DNA of 64,000 nucleotides from a bacterium (GTDB lineage Bacteria; UBA10199; 2-02-FULL-44-16; JAAZCA01): NCBI GenBank assembly GCA_963674695.2, contig CAXXGI010000001.1, positions 256,001 to 320,000 of the forward strand, read 5' to 3'. Shown piece by piece: positions 54,463 to 64,000 of this stretch (position 1 is its first letter; each line of letters starts with the position of its first letter). The notes under the pieces were generated by a model. It saw only the letters and a program-made list of their open reading frames with translations, ran no database searches and was not told where the DNA came from. The position numbers and the translations under genes were made by a program.

Positions 54463-57003
54463 ATGATGTCGAACAAGAAGGAGCCGTCACCCATGTCCAG
54501 CATGTCCAGCATGTCCAGCATGTCCAGCGTCCACCACCTCTGTACCTATTTCAACATGATGGGCGAAGCCGCTACAGCGGGCCAACTTCCACAATGGGAA
54601 GCCTTTGTCGAAGAACACGGCCTGGGAGGCGTCACGCTCGATGCCACCGACACCTTTCTCTCGATGGAGGTCGGTAAAGACCTTTCGACGGCATCGCCTT
54701 ATCCGATCACCAGAGAGGATTCGAGCGTACCCCCCCCCTGGCGTATCGAACAGGTGGACGACCTCGTCGTCCTGCATACATCGGAGGAGGATACTGCGAA
54801 GAACAACTCGGTCATTCCCCTCCACACCGAAGGAGTCGAGGATTCCTTCCTCTCCTCCTGGGACCACTTCGTCCAATCGGAAATTGAACCGCGCCGGGAA
54901 CAGGCCGTGCACGCCCTTCGCGGAGTTCTCTTCTACTGGAACAATCAGCTGATCCGCAATGCCACGCTCGATCCCACCCGAGTCACTGAAGTCATCCCGC
55001 ACATAGCGGAACAGCTCGAGCGTCTCGAGAGGAGTCCTGGGATAAATCCCTCCGTGACAGCCTTGCGGCTTGCGCTTGAAGCCTGCCGCGATTACCAGAA
55101 TTATGCTCAGCTCACGCCACAGCACTTTGGCATTCGGATGAGCCCTAGGCTCAGAAACCAGATGGAACTACGCCGGGCACGCGCATTCTTTGCCGATCCG
55201 ATGGGAAGCAATACGCAGGCCACACTCGCCCTGGGCGAAGAGACCGCGCGGATCATCGGCGAGTATACGGGAGGCGCAGGAAGACGCCCCGTCTTCTCAG
55301 GCATCTCGGGAAAGGAACTCAAGAAGCGATTTCCCGAAAGAGATCCCCCCGATTACCCAACCCCGATATCGGACGTGCTCGCACGCTACAGCGCCGATGT
55401 CGCCGCGAACAACATGATGATGGGCAACCCACACTATATCGGCCACATGGTCACGGCTCCGCCGACAATAGCGGTAATGGGAGATGCTCTGGCCTCTAAG
55501 CTCAATCCCAATCAGATCGCCTGGGAGGTGGGACCGGCAACGACCACGGTGGAACTCCAGACGATCGACTGGCTCACCAACCTGATTGGCTTTGAAGGGG
55601 GAAAACCGGTCGGACGCAACAATAGCATCCCCATCCCCGGCGGCACCCTCACGGCCGGCGGAAGCATCGCCAACATGTCCGCCCTGCTCGTCGCACGAAA
55701 CAGAACCATCAATAAATTTTTCTCGGAACTCTGGCGCAAGGTGAAAAACCATCCCAGAACACGGGAGCAATTCAAGGAGATGGAGCTGGAGGCCATCAGG
55801 AATCTGGATGTGACCAAGACCGGTCTCTGGGCAGCGCTCCGCCCATTCCTCGACCTCAGCGAGACCTATGGGTTTCGTTATATTTCTGAAACACGCTTTG
55901 TCATCCTGACCTCAGCTGAGGCCCACTATTCCATGAAGAAAATCGGCGGCTACATCGGCATCGGCGCCGAAAACGTCCTCTCCATTCCGGTCGATGACAA
56001 CCTGCGCATGAATCCTGATGTCCTTGAAGATACTATTCGCAAACTGGGCCCGGGCAAACAAACCGCTATCATCTCCGTCGTCGCAACCGCCGGAACGACG
56101 GCATCGGGCAACATCGATCCGCTCGATAAAATCGCCGACATCTGTAAACGCTATGGCATCTGGTTTCACGTCGATGCGGCATTCGGCGGCGGCGCGCTGC
56201 TCTCGGAAAAACACCGCGGCCGCCTCAAGGGAATCGAGCGCGCCGATTCGGTCACCATCGACCCGCACAAGTGGTTTTTCATGCCCTATGCGCTGGGAGC
56301 CGCCCTCTTCCGCGACCGAAGCATGCTGCAGCAGTATCTCAAATCATCGGCCCCCTACGTCATCCACGCCGATGCCCTGCCGGAAGAACCAAACCTGGGA
56401 GGCCAGAGCATTCAGGGGTCGATGCGCGTCTCCGGGCTCAAGCTCTGGCTCACCTGGCAGGCGATGGGAACAAAGCTCTTGGGACGTATCGTCGACCACA
56501 ACATCGCGGTGACGCGGCACCTCGAACAGCAGGTCAATGCACATCCCAACCTGGAAGCAATGCATCGTTCGGAGCTCGACCTGCTCTGCTTCCGCTATCT
56601 CCCCAAAGAGTTAAAACAAAAGCTTGAGCAGGCCAGCGCACGCGGCGACTTTCGCATGGTCTCCTCCCTCAATCGTGCGGTCAACGGCATCAACGTCGAC
56701 CTTCAGCGCGAGCTTCAAAACGGCGGCAAGGCCTGGCTCTCCCGCGAAGAGCTCCATCATCACCCCTACACGCAGTTCAAACCCACAGAGACGATGCTCA
56801 ACGAAACCGGTGTGGTCAAACCACAGAAACAAAAGCGCGTGCTCAAGGGGTTTACGCTCGAGACGCTGCGCGCCTGCATCATGAACCCCCACACCGATCG
56901 GCGACATGTCGATACCGTTCTCAATGAAGTGACCGCCATCGGCGATCACCTCTACAAGAAATGGCGTGCGACGAGCAACCTGATCGAACACCTCCCCAAA
57001 TAA
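54463..57003 (+). CDS. Group II PLP-dependent amino-acid decarboxylase with long orphan N-terminal extension
   Basis: YIGHM, GGSIANMSAL, AHYS, TAGTT, WFHVDAAFGG, DSVTIDPHKW (PLP lysine). Confidence 0.88.
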   Translation: MMSNKKEPSPMSSMSSMSSMSSVHHLCTYFNMMGEAATAGQLPQWEAFVEEHGLGGVTLDATDTFLSMEVGKDLSTASPYPITREDSSVPPPWRIEQVDDLVVLHTSEEDTAKNNSVIPLHTEGVEDSFLSSWDHFVQSEIEPRREQAVHALRGVLFYWNNQLIRNATLDPTRVTEVIPHIAEQLERLERSPGINPSVTALRLALEACRDYQNYAQLTPQHFGIRMSPRLRNQMELRRARAFFADPMGSNTQATLALGEETARIIGEYTGGAGRRPVFSGISGKELKKRFPERDPPDYPTPISDVLARYSADVAANNMMMGNPHYIGHMVTAPPTIAVMGDALASKLNPNQIAWEVGPATTTVELQTIDWLTNLIGFEGGKPVGRNNSIPIPGGTLTAGGSIANMSALLVARNRTINKFFSELWRKVKNHPRTREQFKEMELEAIRNLDVTKTGLWAALRPFLDLSETYGFRYISETRFVILTSAEAHYSMKKIGGYIGIGAENVLSIPVDDNLRMNPDVLEDTIRKLGPGKQTAIISVVATAGTTASGNIDPLDKIADICKRYGIWFHVDAAFGGGALLSEKHRGRLKGIERADSVTIDPHKWFFMPYALGAALFRDRSMLQQYLKSSAPYVIHADALPEEPNLGGQSIQGSMRVSGLKLWLTWQAMGTKLLGRIVDHNIAVTRHLEQQVNAHPNLEAMHRSELDLLCFRYLPKELKQKLEQASARGDFRMVSSLNRAVNGINVDLQRELQNGGKAWLSREELHHHPYTQFKPTETMLNETGVVKPQKQKRVLKGFTLETLRACIMNPHTDRRHVDTVLNEVTAIGDHLYKKWRATSNLIEHLPK
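54493..54528 (+). repeat. Perfect 9-bp tandem repeat (ATGTCCAGC)4 encoding (MSS)4
   Basis: Four exact in-frame copies. Confidence 0.9.
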
Positions 57004-57169
57004 GCAACGATCGGAAAAATGGTTTCGATTCCCCCCGGGAGGCACCACATGACACGTGGGCCGAATACACGAAGGGCGGTCACCACCATGATGACCGCCC
57101 CCGTGCGGGTTTGGAAAAGAGAGCATACATTGCTTCATGGACGAATCCGTGAAGCAGCAAAGCCACTCT

Positions 57170-58837
57170 TCATTGTGTCCGAATGAGCATCCCGAAGTTT
57201 CCGGAACCGCTGGTCCCTTCGATGGTCAGCTCATTCGGCATCGTCGTCATCTCAAAGAACTTCGCCGTGCCCGAATCGATATTCGCGGTGTGATAGCCAT
57301 AGTAGTTATTGAGGTTCACGCCCGTCAGTTCCGTGCCGCGTCCATCATCCGCCTCGCCGTCGATGATGACGCCCTTCCAGTTGCCCGTGCTCGCATCGCG
57401 CGTGCGATCCTGGTAGACATAGCGCTCATCCCGGGTGAGCCCCCGGTCGCTCATCGCCAGCGTCACGATCCAGCGCGAGACGAATTCCGAAAATTCATCG
57501 AAGCTCTCGGAGCCGGCAAATGCCGTTTCCAGATTGGAAACACCGTTGAGCTCCGTCGCCTCGAGCGCCCGCAGGAAGGCCGCACCGTCGTCGGCCTGCT
57601 CATAGAGGTAGCGCAGGAAGAGATAGGATGCGCCGCGCTCCATGAGGTTGGGCGAGGACTGCGTCACCAGGCCATAGCTCGAGGGGCTGGACAGAAACAT
57701 CGCATAGCGCGAGGGGTTCTCGACGCCGTGTCCCATGACGTCTTCCATCAGGTGACTCATACCCTCGTTGAGCCAGTTTTCTTCGGGAGAACCGCCTGAG
57801 ACGAAGACGTGTTGATTGTAGCTGATGGCGTGCTGCAGCTCGTGCGGCAACACCGCGGGCAGGAGGTTGTCCATCGCAAAGTCCTGCGAGATCGCCGTGC
57901 CATGATCGCCGTCCGGATCGGGCACGAGCGTGTAGATGATTTCGCGTTCGTTCGAGACCTGATTCGAACCGCTGCGGTCGTAGAGATCGCCCGCATAAAA
58001 ATAGCCGGTGATGATGCCGCCGCCGAGCGCGCCGAGACGGTTGATCTGCGGGGTCATCAGGACGTGCACCTTGCCATCAGCATCTTTGTCGGAGGAGGCA
58101 CCCAGAAGCACCTGCTCTTCGCCCGCGATGCGATCGAAGTCTTCACAGAGATCATTCATATCGGCTGTGGCCAGATCGGAGTCGGTTCCTTCGACGTCGG
58201 TGTCGACGTAGAAGACCACCTCATCGCCGACGCAGCGAACGCGTGCTTCGACCTCAGCATAGGAGGACGTCGAGGAGAGACTCGAGAGGACGCGAAAGGT
58301 CTCGGTCGCACCGAGGGCAGCGGCCTTAAATCCTATCGACTTGGCCATCGATGCCGAGGCACTCTGACTGGAGACCTCTTCGAGGTGCAAGACCGATTCC
58401 GAAGCACGCAGCCAGGCATGCAGGATCTCCGCCGCGCCGTATTCCTCGCCCTCGATCGCTGCCTGCTCCACCTCTGCAAAATCACCGTCGATCATTCCGG
58501 CCGTCATCGCCGAGGGTTCGGGGAGCGACATATCCGCCGCCGACAGCTGCATCTGTGTGCCACTCGCTTCGCTATGGGAGCCAACCGCCAGGATGAACTG
58601 TGCGGTGGAATCGACGCCGCTGAAGTCGATGGAGACCTCATTGCCATCCTCAAACTCGATGGCCATGATATCGCCAACGCCCATGTCGGAAGCCGATTCG
58701 AAGAGATTGGTGATCCCGGTGCCGCCGCCATCGCTGGCCAGTTCGGCATCGACGCTGTCCTTGCTGCCACAACCGGAAATGAGGAGAAATGCGACAAGAA
58801 CCCCAACCCCCATCCAAAGTCTCGATCCCCGTTTCAT
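57170..58837 (-). CDS. Lipoprotein zinc metallopeptidase (M30/hyicolysin-like gluzincin)
   Basis: Lipobox ISGC; GYFYAGDL; HELQH plus WLNEGMSHLME third ligand. Confidence 0.8.
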   Translation of the reverse strand: MKRGSRLWMGVGVLVAFLLISGCGSKDSVDAELASDGGGTGITNLFESASDMGVGDIMAIEFEDGNEVSIDFSGVDSTAQFILAVGSHSEASGTQMQLSAADMSLPEPSAMTAGMIDGDFAEVEQAAIEGEEYGAAEILHAWLRASESVLHLEEVSSQSASASMAKSIGFKAAALGATETFRVLSSLSSTSSYAEVEARVRCVGDEVVFYVDTDVEGTDSDLATADMNDLCEDFDRIAGEEQVLLGASSDKDADGKVHVLMTPQINRLGALGGGIITGYFYAGDLYDRSGSNQVSNEREIIYTLVPDPDGDHGTAISQDFAMDNLLPAVLPHELQHAISYNQHVFVSGGSPEENWLNEGMSHLMEDVMGHGVENPSRYAMFLSSPSSYGLVTQSSPNLMERGASYLFLRYLYEQADDGAAFLRALEATELNGVSNLETAFAGSESFDEFSEFVSRWIVTLAMSDRGLTRDERYVYQDRTRDASTGNWKGVIIDGEADDGRGTELTGVNLNNYYGYHTANIDSGTAKFFEMTTMPNELTIEGTSGSGNFGMLIRTQ

Positions 58838-58877
58838 GACTGGCTCCTTTTCCCAAACCCTCTGTAGAGTTGTTAGA

Positions 58878-58892
58878 GCAAGGAGCGTGCCA
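58878..58892 (-). promoter_or_regulatory. Sigma54 (-24/-12) promoter
   Basis: Minus strand TGGCACGCTCCTTGC matches TGGCACG-N4-TTGC exactly, 40 nt upstream of the peptidase start, preceded by an AT-rich tract. Confidence 0.85.
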
Positions 58893-59182
58893 GCAGATTA
58901 AATATGTCGAACCATTGAGAATCCCAATCATACCGAACAGTTACTTGGTTTTGTTATTCGGCGATTGCAAAGTCATAGGGTCATAATCAACCCGCATACC
59001 CACCACACCCCCTTTCAGACTGAGAAAAACATCACTTTAAGTTTGATATTATTACGCTTTTCTGTACGTGACATAATTTTGACCGGAATATCATAGATAC
59101 CCATTCATCGTCGAATGGGACAATATGGAGGAGAATGCGATGGGAACAAATTGAAATAACTGGGGAAATTACGAATAGGTAC

Positions 59183-59208
59183 AAAAAGAGGGGGGCTCAA
59201 AGCCCCCC
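59183..59208 (-). terminator. Intrinsic terminator downstream of the HAD gene
   Basis: Minus strand GGGGGGCT-ttg-AGCCCCCC followed by TCTTTTT. Confidence 0.65.
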
Positions 59209-59229
59209 AGTTGATGACAAACCCTGCCG

Positions 59230-59302
59230 TTGTCATCCCCGCGAAAGCGGGGATCTCGACGTGCCGTTAAAAGCGAGATTCCCGCCTTCGCGGGAATGAC
59301 AA
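59230..59302. repeat. REP/RS3-like double-hairpin element, third full copy
   Basis: ttgtcatccccgcgaaagcggggatctcga...cgagattcccgccttcgcgggaatgacaa. Confidence 0.9.
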
Positions 59303-59362
59303 ACTTCGATTATGGACAATGATAACATGAAGTGACTTTGTCAGCAGTCTGATCTCTTGCGC

Positions 59363-62300
59363 TTAGCGTGCCCAGACCTGGAAGGAGGAGATCGGCATCA
59401 TCTCTCCCACATGCAGGAAGGCCGAGGGCAGCACATAGTCGTTCACGTCCAGCGGGACCTCGACGAGCGGCTCGAATGTCATCGCTGCATCGGCGGCGAT
59501 CTGCCCCTGATACGACTCGACCGATTGCTGCGACTGGACGACGAGCAATCCGCCGCTGACGACATCCGCTCCCAGCGTCTGCATCGGCATCCGCATCGGC
59601 GGGAGATTCCAGATCGCCACATCGGCGGAGGCGACCTCCTTCTCCGGAAGAAAGGAGATACGCTCCTGGATCTGATGCGGAAGACTCTCGATCGCACGCT
59701 CGGTCTGCAGGCGCCGAGCCTCATTGTTCTCTCTCCACTGCACCTTCGCGCCAACGCGCGCGGCCGCGATCATCTCACCAAAGGCCAGGCGAGGATCATA
59801 GACGATCGTCCGGATCTCATCGATCGATTTGCCACTGCGCTGCAGCGCCGATCGCATCAGGACGCTCATAGCCAGATCCAGTCGCGGGAATCGCGCCTGC
59901 AGGGCACCATAGGCCAATGCCTCGAAGCGCTCCCCACCGGAAATCGTCTGCAACGCTGGACCCGCTGAGATAGAGGAGAGATATCGGGAAAGCGATTCGA
60001 TCGATGCGCTCTCAGGCAAGGCCAGTGGCACCACCTTGTCAAACGCTGATCGGGCAAAGACCGCGTCTTTTGGAATGATGCCGTCGCGTCCCTCCACGAT
60101 GCGATGGATGCCATCGACACCGCGAATCGGGACGAAGACCCCTCCCCACAATTTATGTGCCTCATCGAGCATATCCTCGAAGCGCTCGATCCGACCCGGC
60201 TGCTCGCCGATGCTCGCATTGAGCTGCTCGATACAGGCGCGATAGCTCGCATGCGCCGGATCCAGCGCCACCAATCGCTTGAGTCCCCCGAGCAGACTCA
60301 CCGCAGCCTCGCTGACCTCACGCCGGTGCCGCTCGGGATAATCCATCCATCGCGGCGACGCATAGGTGCCCCACATGCGATTCGTGCTCCCCCATATCTC
60401 GCGCCCGAGCAGCTGGCCCTCCTTGCGCAATTTCGCCCCGACGGTGGGTGCCACCCGCTTCGGCGCGTGCCCGAGCTGTCCGCGGAAATCGGCGATCGGC
60501 TTGGCACCGGCCGGCGGCTCGGATGCATTGGGCATATGGCGATCGCCGACGAGATAGAGCGGCATCGCCTCCGCCTCGATTCCCCAGTCGCGGAAGGTGC
60601 GCGCCACCGGATCGAGGTTTCCCGGCTCGTTGTCGAAGAACCCCGCGAGTATCCGGTCGCCCACGAGCAGACGAAAGACGCGCGCCTTGAAGGCATCATC
60701 CGCTTCGAGCGGATCGCGGCGCATCTTGAGTTTGACGTTGTCGAGCAGCGGGAACCCGAATGCCATGAGCTGCGCCAGCGTTCCCTCGCGCATATCCTCG
60801 GTACGCCCGGTTAAGTAAGCGATGCGCACGCCGATCGACTTGAGCGCATGGGCCAGTTCCGCTGCAGCAGGTCGCACGCGATCCTCGCCCAGATGGTCGT
60901 TGCTCAGAAAATGTTTGAGAAAATAGTTCTGAAATTCCTGCTCGATCCCAAGCCCATCGAGACCGGCCTGCACGAGCGTCTCGCGCACGCCGTATTCCAC
61001 CTGCGAGGGCGTAAACTCTGCGACCTGGTCCAGGATCCAGGCCTTCTCCGGATGCTTTTTGACCCACTCGGCGAGAAATCCCTGGAGGACGCGATGTGCG
61101 CGCGGCGCGGTCTCCACGAGACTGTCGTCGATATCGAAGATGACGACCGACTCCTTGTTCCGTTCCTGCGCCTCGCGCAGGCGCGCCACCATCGGGGCGT
61201 AGGCCGGTTGCATCAAGATCTGCGGCAGGTCGTCGAAGTCGAGTTTGGGCACGCCGCCCATCTGACCGATCTCCTCCTGTGCCTGAATCGGATCGATGGC
61301 GATGACCCCTTCGGCCGGATCGGCCGCGCCATCGGGCTGGTCGCCCAGGACGTAGAGCTTGGTCACCTTGTGTCCGAATATCTCATTGAGATACCCTTCC
61401 AAGTGATTGGCGGTGTTATCAGCTGCCGCGATCACCCAGTAGTCTGGATGCTCCTTGAGCTTGGGCAGGAGCATCTCCCATTTCTGGGCCTCGTGTTGCA
61501 CCCCCATCGAATAGTCGATCGGATCGCCATCGAGAAAGAGGCGATGGGAGTGATCATCCCAGAGGCCGATGCCGCGCAGGGCATGGCGCGATGCCGATTC
61601 CCCATCGGCAAGCGGATCCTCGCCATAGGTGCGAAGCGAAATAAAGAGCGTCTCCAGGGGAATGCCCTTGGCCTTCAGACGACGACGCAGAAGTTTAATG
61701 ACATTGACCATTCCCCAGATCGGCTCGACCTCCTCGACGCGTTTTTTCGGATCGTAGAAATGCGCATTGTGATAGGCCAGCGACGATTGGAGCGTCGCCT
61801 CGCGCGTCACGCCCAACCCCATGAGGATTTTCATCCCATTCCAGCCGTTCACTTCCTTTCCGTTTTTCATTTCCCAATCGGAGACGATCGCGCGCACGTC
61901 ATCCGCATCCGGTCCGTCGTAGGCGGCCAACCACTCCTTGAAGAGCTTCACCGTGAATGTGCGGGCATTGAAGAGCGTGCCGTCCAGATCGAGGACGAGC
62001 GTGGGAACCTTGCCCTTCTCCACCGCCTTATTTGCCGACAACTCCAAACGCCGAAGGATCTCCTCGACACGGATGCGTTCGCGCACGCCGGTCGGAAGCA
62101 GGACCGAAGCCGACGACCCGTTGGGCTTGGTCTGTCCCTCCTGGGGAAACCAAAATTCGGGAATCACCTGTCCGCTTGCCTGCTTCGTCTTCATCAGCAA
62201 CCGACGCGGATGCATCAGATCGATTCCATCGCCACGGGCATAGAGCAGGCTCCCCCCTTTAAAGACAACGTCCTGAAGCTCGCGCGCGGTGACCACATCG

Positions 62301-62845
62301 CGCAGGGCTGCCGCCTGATCATCCCTCCCCCGAAGCGTGCTGTGGCGCCAAGCGCCTGAAGGGTTTCCCGCACCGTTGTGCATCCGATGCAGTTCGACGC
62401 GGTAACGATCGCTCTCCGAATTGTGAATGACGTGCAGACTCGACGATGCGAAGAGGTCGCTTCCCGCCATAAACCCACGGATCGCCCCCTCCTCGGCAGT
62501 GGTCAGATCGAGGATGCCATCGATGTCGAGGATCTGCTCCATCCGTTCAATCGCACTCGCCTCATCGTTCGCGCGGAATAGCTGCAATTGTTGCATCAAA
62601 CTCGAACGCATCTTCGCCACCGCATAGAACAGCGGCGCGGGATCATTGAAGGAGCTGAGATAGGTCTGCATGAGCCTGGGATGACGCGCGGCCAGCCAGG
62701 TCAGATCGGCCATGCTGAAGACACCCCCGCCATCGAGAACCGAGGGCATCGGTTCGGAATCGGTCTGGGACACAGCCTGTTCCGCCAGCGCCGTATGGTT
62801 GGCGATGATGATGGGGGAAGTCGATGTCTTTTCCGGTCCGGCCAC
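59363..62845 (-). CDS. 1160-aa protein with two tandem HAD phosphatase domains and orphan N- and C-terminal regions
   Basis: Motif I VLDLDGTL and IFDIDDSL; motif II FISLR / YLTGR; motif IV AADN / FFDN; AAGGA RBS before GTG. Confidence 0.8.
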   Translation of the reverse strand: MAGPEKTSTSPIIIANHTALAEQAVSQTDSEPMPSVLDGGGVFSMADLTWLAARHPRLMQTYLSSFNDPAPLFYAVAKMRSSLMQQLQLFRANDEASAIERMEQILDIDGILDLTTAEEGAIRGFMAGSDLFASSSLHVIHNSESDRYRVELHRMHNGAGNPSGAWRHSTLRGRDDQAAALRDVVTARELQDVVFKGGSLLYARGDGIDLMHPRRLLMKTKQASGQVIPEFWFPQEGQTKPNGSSASVLLPTGVRERIRVEEILRRLELSANKAVEKGKVPTLVLDLDGTLFNARTFTVKLFKEWLAAYDGPDADDVRAIVSDWEMKNGKEVNGWNGMKILMGLGVTREATLQSSLAYHNAHFYDPKKRVEEVEPIWGMVNVIKLLRRRLKAKGIPLETLFISLRTYGEDPLADGESASRHALRGIGLWDDHSHRLFLDGDPIDYSMGVQHEAQKWEMLLPKLKEHPDYWVIAAADNTANHLEGYLNEIFGHKVTKLYVLGDQPDGAADPAEGVIAIDPIQAQEEIGQMGGVPKLDFDDLPQILMQPAYAPMVARLREAQERNKESVVIFDIDDSLVETAPRAHRVLQGFLAEWVKKHPEKAWILDQVAEFTPSQVEYGVRETLVQAGLDGLGIEQEFQNYFLKHFLSNDHLGEDRVRPAAAELAHALKSIGVRIAYLTGRTEDMREGTLAQLMAFGFPLLDNVKLKMRRDPLEADDAFKARVFRLLVGDRILAGFFDNEPGNLDPVARTFRDWGIEAEAMPLYLVGDRHMPNASEPPAGAKPIADFRGQLGHAPKRVAPTVGAKLRKEGQLLGREIWGSTNRMWGTYASPRWMDYPERHRREVSEAAVSLLGGLKRLVALDPAHASYRACIEQLNASIGEQPGRIERFEDMLDEAHKLWGGVFVPIRGVDGIHRIVEGRDGIIPKDAVFARSAFDKVVPLALPESASIESLSRYLSSISAGPALQTISGGERFEALAYGALQARFPRLDLAMSVLMRSALQRSGKSIDEIRTIVYDPRLAFGEMIAAARVGAKVQWRENNEARRLQTERAIESLPHQIQERISFLPEKEVASADVAIWNLPPMRMPMQTLGADVVSGGLLVVQSQQSVESYQGQIAADAAMTFEPLVEVPLDVNDYVLPSAFLHVGEMMPISSFQVWAR

Positions 62846-63062
62846 GGTCCGATTCCTTTCCGCGCGCCGATCCCCCGACCGACGCTGACGGAACGTCGTC
62901 TAACGTATCAAAACCCCACCTGTCAATGGAGGGAGTGTTAAAAAAATGTAAAAAAACCAAATGGATGACACGTCGACCTTGCAAACGGAGATCCGCCGAA
63001 AAAGAGGCCGAAATAGTAGAAAGTATATCAGAATTGCATCGTTGGAGTTTGTCATCAACCTC

Positions 63063-63096
63063 AAAAAAACCCGGCGCCGCAAGGGCGCCGGGTTTT
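63063..63096 (-). terminator. Intrinsic terminator
   Basis: AAAACCCGGCGCC-gcaag-GGCGCCGGGTTTT with a T7 tract on the minus strand after the FG-GAP gene. Confidence 0.85.
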
Positions 63097-63117
63097 CGTG
63101 GAAGATTCAAACAACGA

Positions 63118-63999
63118 TCAGCGGACGGAGCCCAAAGCATTGGCGCCAGCTGCACCCGTAAACGTCGAGTTTGCCGTGCAGGCTCCCGAGAGATCGCAAC
63201 TTGAAGGACCATTCGCGGAACCGTTGAAGATATAGGCCTGCCCATTGGCGGCCATACCAGGTGCATCCACGGCACCGACGATGACGTCGTCAAACCCGTC
63301 GCCGTTGATGTCGCCAACCGTCGACACTCCAGCACTGCCGCCTAAAAGTGCACCGGCAGCATTTCCCGTGAACATCGCGTCGGCATCCCCGGTACCCATG
63401 TTCGCAGTGAGTCCGCTGCCGAGATAGACGTAGGCACGGCCATGGTCGTCAGCCGAATCCCAGCCCTGTGAACCGACGATGATATCCGGCGTGCCATCGC
63501 CGTCGACATCACCAGCGGTGTTGACGGAGCTCCCAAGGTCATCGGCGCCGCTGTCGCCGGAGATCGTGTTGGCCGCCGTGCAGGACCCCGACAGATCGCA
63601 GTCGCTGATGCCGTCTGCAGAACCGTTGAAGACATAGGCCCGCCCAGCACTACTATTGTACGCTGCCGCACCCACGATGACATCATCGTAACCGTCGCCG
63701 TTTAAGTCGCCGGCCGTGGACACGGAGTGGCCCAAATAATCGTCGGCAGCGGAACCTGTTAGCGTCGCACCGGGCGTACACGAAGCGGTGAAATCGCAAT
63801 CAGCGATACCACTTGCGGAGCCCTCAAAAACATAGGACCTCCCCTTCGCCGCACTCACAAGCGTTTCCCCGACGATGACGTCGTCGTAGCCGTCACCATT
63901 GACATCGCCCGCAGTGGCAACCGAGCCGCCCAGGTAGGTGACACCATCACCTGTAATCGTCGTATCCGCCGTGCCGGAATCGGAGAGGTCGCAATCGCC
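63118..63999 (-). CDS. FG-GAP / integrin-alpha beta-propeller repeat protein (3' part; start outside window)
   Basis: Repeated LGxSVxTAGDxNGDGYDDVIVGA...GRAYVF; frame stays open to the window edge. Confidence 0.92.
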   Translation of the reverse strand, partial: GDCDLSDSGTADTTITGDGVTYLGGSVATAGDVNGDGYDDVIVGETLVSAAKGRSYVFEGSASGIADCDFTASCTPGATLTGSAADDYLGHSVSTAGDLNGDGYDDVIVGAAAYNSSAGRAYVFNGSADGISDCDLSGSCTAANTISGDSGADDLGSSVNTAGDVDGDGTPDIIVGSQGWDSADDHGRAYVYLGSGLTANMGTGDADAMFTGNAAGALLGGSAGVSTVGDINGDGFDDVIVGAVDAPGMAANGQAYIFNGSANGPSSCDLSGACTANSTFTGAAGANALGSVR

Positions 64000-64000
64000 C

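Noticed and set aside
59333-59352. GACTTTGTCAGCAGTCTGA resembling an IS terminal repeat
   Set aside because: No partner end, transposase or target duplication in the window; too short to support.

Overview
GC-rich bacterial window, probably a deltaproteobacterial-type lineage (inferred from the ileS-lspA-lgt layout, a sigma54 site, a myxosortase-like CPBP protease and an FG-GAP protein). The first 29 kb is a co-oriented array of five orphan-like proteins: two giant paralogues (>3000 aa, 5'-truncated, and 3622 aa), an SF2 helicase/HTH/repeat protein, an alpha/beta-hydrolase fusion and a degenerate histidine kinase. All five end in a similar acidic, basic-residue-poor tail, usually Met-rich and, in the first three, preceded by a Gly/Ser/Pro linker. 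A mirror-image version of this tail is the N-terminus of a GH13 enzyme at 44.5 kb. This is the best candidate for an undescribed export/effector system. The rest is housekeeping (rimO, ychF, aminotransferase, lexA-like, nth, lgt x2, lspA, ileS) interleaved with enzymes carrying long orphan extensions (GH13, PLP decarboxylase, double HAD, transglutaminase-like/TPR). There is also a candidate SOS cassette encoding a small QLDLF clamp-motif protein, and at least four kinds of palindromic intergenic element. No rRNA, tRNA, CRISPR array or transposase was seen. All calls come from motif reading by eye; no searches were run.
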